DNA of 51,973 nucleotides from Candidatus Micrarchaeota archaeon (GTDB taxonomy: Archaea; Micrarchaeota; Micrarchaeia; Micrarchaeales; CABMGC01), in assembly GCA_021803245.1 (NCBI GenBank), contig JAJZLT010000019.1, positions 1 through 51,973 of the forward strand, in the 5' to 3' direction. Position 1 is the stretch's first letter, and each line of letters begins with the position of its first letter. Position numbers and translations under genes: made by a program. Under the pieces are notes generated by a model that was not told where the DNA came from, made no database searches, and was given only the letters and a program-made list of their open reading frames with translations. Positions 24,987 through 34,205 of the stretch are shown here, in pieces.

Positions 24987-26155
24987 CAATTGACTCTGTT
25001 GAGTATATGAACCACTGCAGTTGCGCCGCTCCCACCGACATTGTGCGTGAGTCCTACTTCTGCTCCGGAAACCTGTCTCTCCCCTGCTTCTCCTCTTAGC
25101 TGCGTTACTATCTCTGCTATCTGCTTCACCCCGGTTGCGCCTACCGGATGTCCGCACCCTTTCAGCCCTCCGCTGGTATTGATCGATATCTTGCCATTGA
25201 TTTCAGTTTCTCCCTCTTCTACCGCCTTTGCTGCCTTACCCTTTCCATAGAAATCAAGATCTTCCATTGCCAGTATCTCAGCTATGGTAAAACAGTCATG
25301 AACTTCAGCAACATTTATGTCTGTTGGCTTTAATCTTGCCTTTGCGTAGGCATCGCGGCCGGCAAGCCGCGTTGCCTTAAGTTCGGTCAGGGAGTCCCGG
25401 TCGGCCAATGCAAGCGTATCGCTTGCCTGCGAGCTTGCAGCTATTTTGATGGGCGTGTCGTTGTATTTCTTTGCACTCTCAAGCGGTGCCAGAACTATTA
25501 CTGCCGCTCCGTCCGATATTGGAGAACAGTCAAGGACTTTAAGCGGGTCTGAAACTACCTTTGACTTGAGCACTTCATCTATGGTGATCTCCTTGTGGAA
25601 CTGTGCGTATTTGTTCTTGATAGCATTCCTGTGGTTCTTTACCGCTACGCTTGCCATCTGCTCCTCTGTTGTCTTGTACTCATGCATGTGCCTGTTTGCT
25701 ATAAGTGCATACAGCCCCGGAAACGTTATGCCTTGAGCGAGCTCCCACTCCTGGTCTCCGGCTCCTCCAAGCGCAGTAGTCGCCTCTGCCGTAGTGACAT
25801 CGGTCATCTTCTCCACCCCGCCGATTACAGCTATATCGTACATGCCGCTTGCAACTGCAATGTATCCCTGCCTTACCGCGCTCCCTCCGCTGGCGCATGC
25901 ATTCTCTACCCTGACTGCAGGTACATTCTTGAAACCCATCTGATCTGCCAGAAGCGCCGCGAGATGCTCCTGACCTACAAAACGGCCGCTTGCCATGGTG
26001 CTGCCGTATACTATCTGTATGTCCTTGCTCTCGATATTTGCATCAGTTATTGCCTGCATTCCGGCTTCAGCGATGAGCTCGCGAAGGCCGTGCTCCCATC
26101 TCTCCCCGAATCTTGTAAGGCCTGCTCCTATTACTGCAACATCTCTCATGATCAC
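24986..26155 (-). CDS. acetyl-CoA C-acetyltransferase (archaeal thiolase)
   Basis: 389-aa ORF with active-site region VENACASGGSA, HDCF and GGLKGCGHPVGATG. Confidence 0.9.
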   Translation of the reverse strand: MIMRDVAVIGAGLTRFGERWEHGLRELIAEAGMQAITDANIESKDIQIVYGSTMASGRFVGQEHLAALLADQMGFKNVPAVRVENACASGGSAVRQGYIAVASGMYDIAVIGGVEKMTDVTTAEATTALGGAGDQEWELAQGITFPGLYALIANRHMHEYKTTEEQMASVAVKNHRNAIKNKYAQFHKEITIDEVLKSKVVSDPLKVLDCSPISDGAAVIVLAPLESAKKYNDTPIKIAASSQASDTLALADRDSLTELKATRLAGRDAYAKARLKPTDINVAEVHDCFTIAEILAMEDLDFYGKGKAAKAVEEGETEINGKISINTSGGLKGCGHPVGATGVKQIAEIVTQLRGEAGERQVSGAEVGLTHNVGGSGATAVVHILNRVN

Positions 26156-26157
26156 AC

Positions 26158-27207
26158 CTAGTTCTTTACTATGGAATTCCTGTTCTTAAGATAAACAGAA
26201 TAATCGACGTATATCTTGTTCTTGTTTATAATGTCCTCCACCTTCACCAGCCTCTCCCTTTTCTCAACTATCGGCTCTTTGGCTTCTATGGCGAATGAAT
26301 CGCTGCCTGCCCCGGAACCGAAACTGGTCACCAGTATTTTGTCACCCGGTTTCGCCTTGTCGAGTACAGCAGCAAGCCCGAGCATTGACGCTCCGGAATA
26401 GGTATTCCCTATCTTCGGCGTCAAGAGGCCATCTTTGACCTGATCCTCTGTAAATCCGAGCTTCCTTGAAACTACTAACGGGAACTTGCCGTTTGGCTGA
26501 TGAAAGACCGCAAACGCAAAATCTTCGGGCTTTAAGCCTGTTTTCTCCAACAGCAGTTTTGTAGCTTCTGTTATGTGCTTGAAATAAGCCGGCTCGCCTG
26601 TAAACCTTCCTCCGTGCGAGGGATACATGGCTCCTTCCCTTCTCCAGAAATCAGGGGTGTCTGAGGTGTAGCTTGCCGTAGCCAGTATCTCTGCGATGAC
26701 TTCCTTCTTCTCCCTGCCCACTATAAATGCCGCGCCTCCTGCGCTTGCGGTATACTCAAGCGCATCCCCCGGCCTGCCCTGGGAAGTATCGCTGCCTATC
26801 GACATGCCGTATTTTATCATGCCGCTGTCTGTCATGCCCATAAGCATCTGTAATCCGGCAGTGCCTGCCTTGCACGCGAACTCGAGGTCCGCCGCAGTGA
26901 GGTTATTGCCCGCTCCGATTGCCTGCGAAACAACAGTTGCAGTGGGTTTGACCGCATACGGATGGGATTCTGAACCCACATATATTGCACCTAGCTCCTT
27001 AGGGTCAATTCCTGCATGATGCACAGCACGCCTGCCCGCCTCGGTTGCTATTGTAGCCGCATCCTCATCGTGCGATGGTACGCTCTTCTCCGCTATATTA
27101 AGCCCGTTCTTGATGCTCTTCGCGTCTTCGTCCCATACCTTGGCTATCTCTTCGACTTTTATCCTGTATCTAGGCACATGCGCGCCATAACCTATTATAC
27201 CGGCCAT
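26158..27207 (-). CDS. hydroxymethylglutaryl-CoA synthase
   Basis: 349-aa ORF with [15 protein letters not shown] (catalytic Cys), FHQPNGKF and SFGSGAGSD. It ends 2 nt before the thiolase start. Confidence 0.9.
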   Translation of the reverse strand: MAGIIGYGAHVPRYRIKVEEIAKVWDEDAKSIKNGLNIAEKSVPSHDEDAATIATEAGRRAVHHAGIDPKELGAIYVGSESHPYAVKPTATVVSQAIGAGNNLTAADLEFACKAGTAGLQMLMGMTDSGMIKYGMSIGSDTSQGRPGDALEYTASAGGAAFIVGREKKEVIAEILATASYTSDTPDFWRREGAMYPSHGGRFTGEPAYFKHITEATKLLLEKTGLKPEDFAFAVFHQPNGKFPLVVSRKLGFTEDQVKDGLLTPKIGNTYSGASMLGLAAVLDKAKPGDKILVTSFGSGAGSDSFAIEAKEPIVEKRERLVKVEDIINKNKIYVDYSVYLKNRNSIVKN

Positions 27208-27320
27208 AGAATCAATTGCTTAAAATTGCTTAATATTCATTTGAAGCATCGTTGCTGCTAGCTTAAAGCCCTTTACATCTGTTAGTTATTTGTCTAACAT
27301 TATGGCAGTGCAGGAAATAC

Positions 27321-28037
27321 TTATTCTCCCCACATCTCTGCCTTTATGCTCTTCTCGTTTACGCCGAGGCTTATCAGCGCATCTTTGAGGGCCTTGACAA
27401 ACGCAGGTGGCCCGCATATGTAGCTTATCCTGTCAGCGCAATCCGGAGCGTCTCTTTTTATCATTTCGGCATTTACATGCCCTTTTTCGCCACTCCAGCC
27501 GTCTCCAGGCTGCGGCCTGGTGACGGTAACTGTTGTCTTAAGACCTATGCTCCTGCCAAAAGCCTCCAGCTCTTCCTTGTTTATTATCTCGTCAGGATAC
27601 TTTACGCTGTATATGAGCCTGCAGTCTGCTTTTATTCCCTTGGATTTGATGTATCGCAGCATTGAAATAAACGGGGCCAGCCCTGTTCCGCCGGCCAGGA
27701 AAAGAAACTTGTTCTTTTCGCTGAAATCAAACTTGAACTGGCCGTAAGGCGCTGAGATATAGTAAAGGTCGCCTACCTTCGCATTCTCAAGGTGCGAGGT
27801 AAGCTTTCCGTGGACCAGTGCAATAAGGAATTCGAATTCAGGCGACGGGGGGCAGTTCGCCATTGAGAAGGCCCTTGCGACTGTTTCTCCGAGCTGCTCA
27901 CCCTTGAACTGGAGCATTGCAAACATTCCAGGCGAAAAGTCTATGCTCACTTTGTCCTGCGGGCTGAAAACAAACGAAGAGACAGTAGGCGTGAGTTTTT
28001 TAATCTCAGAGAGAAGGTATGGTTTATTGAGTATCAT
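27321..28037 (-). CDS. ferredoxin-NADP reductase-like FAD/NAD(P)-binding oxidoreductase
   Basis: 238-aa ORF with RAFSMAN (RxYS-type FAD motif), GKLTSHL, LAGGTGLAPFISML and YICGPPAF. No attached Fe-S domain. Confidence 0.7.
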   Translation of the reverse strand: MILNKPYLLSEIKKLTPTVSSFVFSPQDKVSIDFSPGMFAMLQFKGEQLGETVARAFSMANCPPSPEFEFLIALVHGKLTSHLENAKVGDLYYISAPYGQFKFDFSEKNKFLFLAGGTGLAPFISMLRYIKSKGIKADCRLIYSVKYPDEIINKEELEAFGRSIGLKTTVTVTRPQPGDGWSGEKGHVNAEMIKRDAPDCADRISYICGPPAFVKALKDALISLGVNEKSIKAEMWGE

Positions 28038-28107
28038 CTAAAATCCTCTTTATGATAGAGATGGGAAGGCAAATAAATAACAAACTTGTGCTTATCTACT
28101 GCGCAGC

Positions 28108-28452
28108 TTATTCCTTTATTCCTGTTATGCTCTCCACTATCTTTTCAAACTTCTCCATCGACTTAATCACTTCCTTAAGTTTAGGGTTTATATTGTAGCC
28201 CAAGTCATATCCCCGGTCTGTCCTTATGTGCGTAGGCTGCAAAATATTTAAGTTCATTGACAGGTTCCTAAGCGTCAGTATAAGCGTCTTCCTTGTGAAA
28301 CTTTTGCCAAGCACAGTATAGAGCTCGCGGGTAGTCCTCGGGGACTTTACCATAAGCAGCTTCAAGACCGCATAATTAGGCTTGCTCAGGACCTTTCTGA
28401 TAAGCCATATTCCATCTTCAGGTTTTTCTCTCTTCGCCACTTCACGCACCAC
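28108..28452 (-). CDS. small winged-helix DNA-binding protein (ArsR/MarR-like)
   Basis: 114 aa with a GTG start. NYAVLKLLMVKSPRTTRELYTVLGKSFTRKTLILTLRNL reads as helix-turn-helix plus wing. No closer family recognised. Confidence 0.5.
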   Translation of the reverse strand: MVREVAKREKPEDGIWLIRKVLSKPNYAVLKLLMVKSPRTTRELYTVLGKSFTRKTLILTLRNLSMNLNILQPTHIRTDRGYDLGYNINPKLKEVIKSMEKFEKIVESITGIKE

Positions 28453-28603
28453 AATATAACCTAACTACATTAAGTTTTATAAATGTATATTCGGTGTTAT
28501 TGTACTTCTGCAGGTTTTATTCTTATACAACGGGTTTAGAAATATATATAAGCTTTCCCGTCAGATAAGTATTATCATATATTCAAGTATATGATTTGAT
28601 ACT

Positions 28604-29521
28604 ATGATAAAAGCATTTCGAATGCTGAAGTCCAGCGCACTGCGTGCAGCAAAGAACCGGGAAGACGCATTTTTAGAATGGAAATTCAATACTATGGTCC
28701 CAGAACCCCAATGCCCTTTGCAGTACGCTATTGAAAGCGATATGCTTGCGTATCTGAGCCTGGCTCTGCGTACGGAGATGAATATTGCAGTGATATCTGA
28801 AGGTGGAAGGGGCGCTGACCTGCTGATGCTGCTTCTGCCGCTTGTCCCGATCCACCACAGAACAGCAATATTGTGCAGTGGCGAGCGCATGCTGCCAGAC
28901 AGGCTGCCGTATGAAAACACAATTCTGCCCTGCAGCGGCGCAACGAAAGCAGGCATGTCCTGGCTTTTAGGAAAAAATTGCGAACTTGCAGGTTATGATC
29001 GCATCTTCGTTGACACACTGGTTCCGGGGCAGGCCAACGCCGTATTTAGATGCGATGATCTTTGCATGCACTTTGCAGTTGCAATCGATGGTTTTCGTGA
29101 ACCAGACGCCTTGTTAGGCGGCCTGCAATTGCGTCCTTTCAAGGTAAGCGCCGAGCTTATCCGGAAGCTTGACGTGATTGTGGTTGCTGCTGCTCAGCAG
29201 CAGGGGAAGGATCAACAATTGGAGGCCTTCGAGTGCAGATGGCTAAGCAGGAACGAGTGTGATGCCGGGATAGGGATAAATAAGTGCGACGAAGTGGCGA
29301 TAAGCAGGGTTCTTGGACATGGAGCTGATGAAGATGCCATCGCATCTTCCAAGGTGATAGCTGCTTATGCGGATCGTATAGGAGTACATCATGGATATGC
29401 GCTGGGGCACTTTTACCGCATCTACGAATCTCTCGATGTGGCCATAAGGGCCGGCGCCGCGCCTGGCAGCAATGCAATAAACATGCAGCAGCTTGCCTCA
29501 AAGATAATCCTTGAGGGATAA
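28604..29521 (+). CDS. degenerate FlaI/VirB11-type ATPase core (all catalytic motifs lost), function unknown
   Basis: 305 aa. It aligns by eye with the C-terminal half of the ATPase at 4204-5535. The Walker A position reads SEGGRGAD, Walker B reads DRIFVDTLVPGQA, and the His box reads VAIDGF. The gene is GC-rich and uses many CGN Arg codons. Confidence 0.5.
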   Translation: MIKAFRMLKSSALRAAKNREDAFLEWKFNTMVPEPQCPLQYAIESDMLAYLSLALRTEMNIAVISEGGRGADLLMLLLPLVPIHHRTAILCSGERMLPDRLPYENTILPCSGATKAGMSWLLGKNCELAGYDRIFVDTLVPGQANAVFRCDDLCMHFAVAIDGFREPDALLGGLQLRPFKVSAELIRKLDVIVVAAAQQQGKDQQLEAFECRWLSRNECDAGIGINKCDEVAISRVLGHGADEDAIASSKVIAAYADRIGVHHGYALGHFYRIYESLDVAIRAGAAPGSNAINMQQLASKIILEG

Positions 29522-29524
29522 ATA

Positions 29525-29639
29525 GTGCCAACAGCAATGTGTTTTCCCGCCGGTTAGGCAGTATTCCACATCGTGAGCAGGCTTAGCTTCCGAGTTCGGG
29601 ATGGGTTCGGGCGTGACCCTGCTCCTATGGCCGTTGACG
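29525..29639 (-). rRNA. rrf: 5S ribosomal RNA (stand-alone gene)
   Basis: The minus strand reads GUCAACGGCCAUAGGAGCAGGGUCACGCCCGAACCCAUCCCGAACUCGGAAGCUAAGCCUGCUCACGAUGUGGAAUACUGCC...GCUGUUGGC. Helix I forms 9 bp between the two ends, and the loop C / helix III consensus CCGAACUCGGAAGCUAAG is present. Ends are accurate to a few nt. Confidence 0.8.
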
Positions 29640-29660
29640 TTATTTATATGCACTGTAGGT

Positions 29661-29670
29661 TTTAAATAAA
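29661..29670 (-). promoter_or_regulatory. TATA box for 5S rRNA
   Basis: The minus strand reads TTTATTTAAA, centred about 27 nt upstream of the inferred 5S 5' end. Confidence 0.5.
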
Positions 29671-29681
29671 TTGTGCTTTAT

Positions 29682-30212
29682 TCAATGGATTCTACTGGCA
29701 TTGCCGTATAGGCTGAGATAGAGGAGTATGCCGGCTATCGTCTTCATATCAGGTATGCGGCCGTTTTTAATCAGGTGCAGCAGTTCTCCGGCTGTCATCG
29801 CCCTTGTTGAAATTATCTCGTTCTGATCCTTGTGCGTCTTCCCCCTTGCAAGGCCTGTTGCAAGGTAAACGCGCATCACTTCCGTATCGTGTCCTGGAGA
29901 GGGATACGAGCTGAGCAGAAACTTCATCTTCATTGCCTTGTATCCTGTCTCTTCCTCAAGCTCTCTATGCGCAGTTTGCCACGGATCCTCTCCGGCTTCC
30001 ATCCTGCCTGCAGGAAGCTCGTAGAGATACTTCCCTATGCTGTGCCTGAATTGCCTTTCTATCAGCAGCCTTCCGTCTTTCAATACAGGTATTATCATTA
30101 CAGAGTCAGGGCTTATCACCCTCTCAAAGTGCTCTCTCTTCCTCCCCTTGCCTACAGGGTATCTCTCCACGCGCAGTGACGTGCCATTGTACACCGTTTC
30201 TGGCTTTTCCAT
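29682..30212 (-). CDS. NUDIX hydrolase (ADP-ribose pyrophosphatase-like)
   Basis: 176-aa ORF with Nudix box GRMEAGEDPWQTAHRELEEETGY. Confidence 0.85.
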   Translation of the reverse strand: MEKPETVYNGTSLRVERYPVGKGRKREHFERVISPDSVMIIPVLKDGRLLIERQFRHSIGKYLYELPAGRMEAGEDPWQTAHRELEEETGYKAMKMKFLLSSYPSPGHDTEVMRVYLATGLARGKTHKDQNEIISTRAMTAGELLHLIKNGRIPDMKTIAGILLYLSLYGNASRIH

Positions 30213-30222
30213 GCATTCGCGC

Positions 30223-30912
30223 CTATTTTTTCGGAGGATTCTCCTGGCGGCCTTCCAGATATACCTCAGAAGTGAGTTTGAACCTGGAAACAGTGTGGAG
30301 TATTACCTTTCCTTTTCCTGTGAATTTGGCGAGGAAGAGACCCACTCCTCCGAACATTGCGGTGCGTATGTTGTCTACAAAACGTATTCTGTATTGCAGG
30401 TTGGCGTCAAAGCCTGCTATGTGGCCCGGATCCACCTCAAGTGCGGCTGTGCCGTCAAGGTCGTATTCTATTGTGTCTCCCACTACATGCATGTAAACGT
30501 TTCCCGGCCCTACAAACCTCTGGAGTATCAGGCCTGCACCGCCGAAGAATGCGGCGCCTATGCCCACAGGCTCGATCTTGTACTGGACGGTGCTGTCGCA
30601 TGCCAGAAATGCGTGATCCTCAGTAACAAACTGCTCCCCTTCTGCAAGTGTAATGCACCTTATCTTTCCCGGCATCACTCCGGAAACTGAAACCATCCCC
30701 TTGTCGCCCTTTGCGGAAAATATGGTAAGCATGGCAGTTGCCCCGGTAACCTTCCTCTCTATCGCGCCTACAAGCCCGCCCACAAGATGCGGCGCCATCT
30801 GTATTGTCTCTGTCTTGCTGACAAGTTTCCCTGAATCTGACAGTATGCTTTCCCCTTCATCCAGCGAAACGTTGAGCACCTGCATCGAGTTTCCTATTAT
30901 TTTATACTCCAT
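30223..30912 (-). CDS. TIGR00266/AIM24 (DUF124) family protein
   Basis: 229-aa all-beta-looking ORF. MEYKIIGNSMQVLNVSLDEGESI...GPGNVYMHVVGD...KGKVILHTV matches my memory of the AIM24 family. Confidence 0.65.
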   Translation of the reverse strand: MEYKIIGNSMQVLNVSLDEGESILSDSGKLVSKTETIQMAPHLVGGLVGAIERKVTGATAMLTIFSAKGDKGMVSVSGVMPGKIRCITLAEGEQFVTEDHAFLACDSTVQYKIEPVGIGAAFFGGAGLILQRFVGPGNVYMHVVGDTIEYDLDGTAALEVDPGHIAGFDANLQYRIRFVDNIRTAMFGGVGLFLAKFTGKGKVILHTVSRFKLTSEVYLEGRQENPPKK

Positions 30913-32755
30913 CTTTCACACCTAAAACACTTTTAAGTTCTTTAGCATCAATGTTCAGCTTATACTTGAGCATTATCTGCTTAAATACCTCTTCTGCTTT
31001 CGAACCGCTGCCGTACTTGCTTACGAGCTCCGCAAGCTCGTTGCCCGTTATTTTTTTCAGATGCTCTTCCTTTACTATGCGCTCGACTTCTCTGGCCGAG
31101 GCAGGCGTATGCCTTATTATTGCCTCTATGCCTATCCTTGTTATTGCGTCGCGTGAATAGAGCTCGAATGCCCTGACAAGCGCTTCCTCGTTTACCGAAT
31201 CGACATCCACGCCGTTTCTTTTCAGCTCTTTCATTTTTTCAAGCAGTATGGACGCGACTACAAATGGCGTTGCATTGGCTGATTTTACTATGCGCTTATA
31301 TAGCTGCAGGTCTTTAGACCAGAGCATCTGCTCTGCAAGCTGCCTATTACCTATCTCCGCTTCCAACTCTCTTGAGATTGCAACCGGGTCAACTCTCATC
31401 TTTTCCGCCTCCTTTGCAATCTCTGCGGCAGAGACTGGGAATAGATCTGTCTCAGGATACATCCTTGAGCCGCCGGGCATCGGACGCAGGAATCTGGTAG
31501 CATGGCTGCGCATGCTTATGCTCCTTGTCTCGGGAGGAACTCCTCCCTTCGCCATCTCTGCCCTTTTTATTGCCATCTCCATGGCCCTGCCGCACCTCTC
31601 TGCAGATTCTGCTATCATAATAAATGCGTCATGGGGTCCGATTCCAAGATCCTTTGAGAGCCACTCCAGCTCTTCGGAAGAAAATCCATATTCTTTCAGA
31701 TTCTCATCGCTGTGAATTATGCCTTTTGCCCCTGCCGTCTTTGCGTAGCTGCTTATCTCGCTTCCGAGGCGCGTCTCCGGAGCTATCTCCATGCCCAGCA
31801 GGCCTTTATAACCCTCAAGCTTAACGGCCAGTGCAACGCCGCCCTTCTTGATCTGCTCGTCCAGTATCTTCACGCGGGTATTTGTAAATGCGCCAGTAAC
31901 ATTTACCGGCTTGCCCACCCTGGCCTTTCTCTTTGCAAGCTCCTCTTTTATTTCAAGCAGCTTCATGTGCCTGTTTATCTCGGTGTCTATTATCAGGTCC
32001 ATTTTGTCAAGATCCTGAAAGCCCTTTATCTCTACGCGCTCTCCGCCCCTTATGGAGATATTTACGTCCTGGCGTATTGAGCCTATGCCGCGCTGCACCA
32101 TCCCCGTTATGCGCAGTATCAGGCCTATTGCCTTGGCCACTTCCTTTGCATGGACCGGATCTTCTATCGAGGGATCGGTATCTATCTCAATGAGGGGTAT
32201 GCCTAGCCTGTCGAGATTATACGTTGCCGAGTTTTCATCATTCTCCTCTATGCCTCCTGACTCCTCTTCGAGGAAGACCGAAGGTATGGCTACACGCCGG
32301 CCATTAACCTCCATGTGCCCGTCGTAGCCCACCAGCATGCTCCTCTGAAATGCGCTTGGATCGCTGCCGTCGACCACAGCCTTCCTCATTGGCTCAATCT
32401 CATAGGTAAGCTCGCATTTCAATGAGCTTGCTATTATAAGCGCTGTTCTGAGCGCTTCTTTATTTGGCGAATGCGGAGGCTCTTCGTCTATGTCTACCAG
32501 GCATGTTCCTTTATTGTATAAGTTATAGATAAACCTCCTCTTCTTGCCGCTTTCCACAAGAGTAGATAGGTCTATGGCGCCAAGCTCTCCGGCCACCGCG
32601 CGCTGCTCCCTTTCAATCTTCCCTATTAATTGGTCAGCCGCCATATTTGCGGAGCACGGGCAGAAAAGCTTCTCCTCTGCTGCAAGGCGCTGGTGTATCT
32701 CCAGGCCGCACCTGAACCCGATTTCCTTGTAGAAGGATTTTTCGCGCATCTTCAT
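30902..32755 (-). CDS. gatE: glutamyl-tRNA(Gln) amidotransferase subunit E
   Basis: 617-aa ORF with GLEIHQRL, DRLGIPLIEI, RQDVNISI and a C-terminal YqeY-like tail. Overlaps gatD by 4 nt. Confidence 0.9.
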   Translation of the reverse strand: MKMREKSFYKEIGFRCGLEIHQRLAAEEKLFCPCSANMAADQLIGKIEREQRAVAGELGAIDLSTLVESGKKRRFIYNLYNKGTCLVDIDEEPPHSPNKEALRTALIIASSLKCELTYEIEPMRKAVVDGSDPSAFQRSMLVGYDGHMEVNGRRVAIPSVFLEEESGGIEENDENSATYNLDRLGIPLIEIDTDPSIEDPVHAKEVAKAIGLILRITGMVQRGIGSIRQDVNISIRGGERVEIKGFQDLDKMDLIIDTEINRHMKLLEIKEELAKRKARVGKPVNVTGAFTNTRVKILDEQIKKGGVALAVKLEGYKGLLGMEIAPETRLGSEISSYAKTAGAKGIIHSDENLKEYGFSSEELEWLSKDLGIGPHDAFIMIAESAERCGRAMEMAIKRAEMAKGGVPPETRSISMRSHATRFLRPMPGGSRMYPETDLFPVSAAEIAKEAEKMRVDPVAISRELEAEIGNRQLAEQMLWSKDLQLYKRIVKSANATPFVVASILLEKMKELKRNGVDVDSVNEEALVRAFELYSRDAITRIGIEAIIRHTPASAREVERIVKEEHLKKITGNELAELVSKYGSGSKAEEVFKQIMLKYKLNIDAKELKSVLGVKDGV

Positions 32756-34080
32756 ACCTCGATTTCGCTTCTCTTAGTTATCTCGCCCGAGATGTCTTTG
32801 CCCAGCAGCTCCCCGCTTTTCTCCTTGGAGTAGTTTCCAAGCAGGAAACCAAGCTTTACGTAAGCCACCTCTGGAAGCATGTCTTCGCAGTATATTGCGC
32901 CGGCGCTGCTCATCAGCCTGGCATTTCTATAGACCATACTATTTACCCTGCCGTACAGGCACTGCGATGTTATGCCTATTATGGTGCCTGCATCTACTGC
33001 CTTTTTAATATTGCCAAGCCAGTTGTATTCTGCATGCCTGGTAGAAACAGGCGCATGTCCCATCCCCGTAACCTCCAGTATCACACCCCTGTACCCCTTC
33101 TCTACATAATAGTCAAGCAGCTCGGGGCTTGAATTCGGGTATACCTTATGGAGGGCCACTTTGGGCTCGAATTTGGTAACTGCATTTACTTTTGCATCCG
33201 CACGCTCATCGTCAACCTTCTTGTATTCGCTGATGTATCTTATCCTGCCCTTGCCATCCACTGTTGCTATCGGCCTGGAATTTACCGGCTTGAACGCATC
33301 CCTTCTGGTAGTATGCATCTTCCTCACCTTCGTTCCTCTGAGGAAACCCCATTCATTGTCAGATGTGCCAGTATGCATGCATATCCCTACTTCAGCTATG
33401 TTGCTGCTTGACGCAAGATATGCGGCGCTTATCAGATTGGTGAATGCGTCGCTTGAGCCGCGGTCGCTGCTCCTCTGTGCGCCTGTAATTACTACAGGCG
33501 CATTTAGGTTGTTAAGCATGAAACTAAGTGCAGCCGAAGTATAGTGCATGGTGTCTGTGCCCATTGTTATTATAACGCCTTCAGCGTCTTTATTAAGGGC
33601 ATCCGCTGCTGACTTCGCGATTTTCTGCCACTCCATGTAGGAGATGTCCTCGCTTGCGATGCTCATCAGGTTGTTTACCCTTATTTCTGCTATCTCCGCG
33701 AGCTCCGGTACATCATACAGCAGCTCATCCGGTTTCGTAAGCATATGCACGCCTCCGGTAAGATAGTCTATTTTGCTGCCTATCGTGCCTCCGGTGTAAA
33801 TCATCTCCACCTTACTCAGAGCGGGCTTGAAATGGAGTGATCCGGAAGGAAATGCTATGGCAGGCTGGCTCCTTATTTTTTCTATTCTGAAACCGGCATC
33901 CATCTTCAGTCCAACGTTGTAGCCGTTTGCAAACTTGAGTATGATCGAATCTTTGCTTCCGGACTCTGGCTTTGGCATCAGCGTACCCTCAAACTCCCTG
34001 CCATGCAATTTTATCTTTACAAGGTCACCTGCCTTGATTCCTTGCTTGTCAAGCAGCTTCTGTATATCCTCAGGATACAT
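32752..34080 (-). CDS. gatD: glutamyl-tRNA(Gln) amidotransferase subunit D
   Basis: 442-aa ORF with an asparaginase-like domain (YTGGTIGS, TMGTDTM, GMGH). Confidence 0.9.
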   Translation of the reverse strand: MYPEDIQKLLDKQGIKAGDLVKIKLHGREFEGTLMPKPESGSKDSIILKFANGYNVGLKMDAGFRIEKIRSQPAIAFPSGSLHFKPALSKVEMIYTGGTIGSKIDYLTGGVHMLTKPDELLYDVPELAEIAEIRVNNLMSIASEDISYMEWQKIAKSAADALNKDAEGVIITMGTDTMHYTSAALSFMLNNLNAPVVITGAQRSSDRGSSDAFTNLISAAYLASSSNIAEVGICMHTGTSDNEWGFLRGTKVRKMHTTRRDAFKPVNSRPIATVDGKGRIRYISEYKKVDDERADAKVNAVTKFEPKVALHKVYPNSSPELLDYYVEKGYRGVILEVTGMGHAPVSTRHAEYNWLGNIKKAVDAGTIIGITSQCLYGRVNSMVYRNARLMSSAGAIYCEDMLPEVAYVKLGFLLGNYSKEKSGELLGKDISGEITKRSEIEV

Positions 34081-34205
34081 GCATAATACCTATTACTTAT
34101 AGCCAAGTTGCACTTATAAAACTTTACCACGCATTCTGCAGCATGATAAGCTATGCAGGAATCAGACAGCTTAGGAGCAGATTGGCAATGCATGATGCGC
34201 TGAAA

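Noticed and set aside
24987-25157. 57-aa N-terminal extension of the DUF35 ORF in the track.
   Set aside because: It overlaps the 3' end of the thiolase gene in another frame and is Arg/Ser-rich nonsense. The Met at 24986 gives the canonical DUF35 N-terminus with a TGATG junction.
30037-30690. 217-aa plus-strand ORF spanning the Nudix/AIM24 region.
   Set aside because: It is antisense to two well-supported genes and crosses their intergenic gap. The product is Cys/Ser/Leu-rich and implausible, so it is a shadow ORF.
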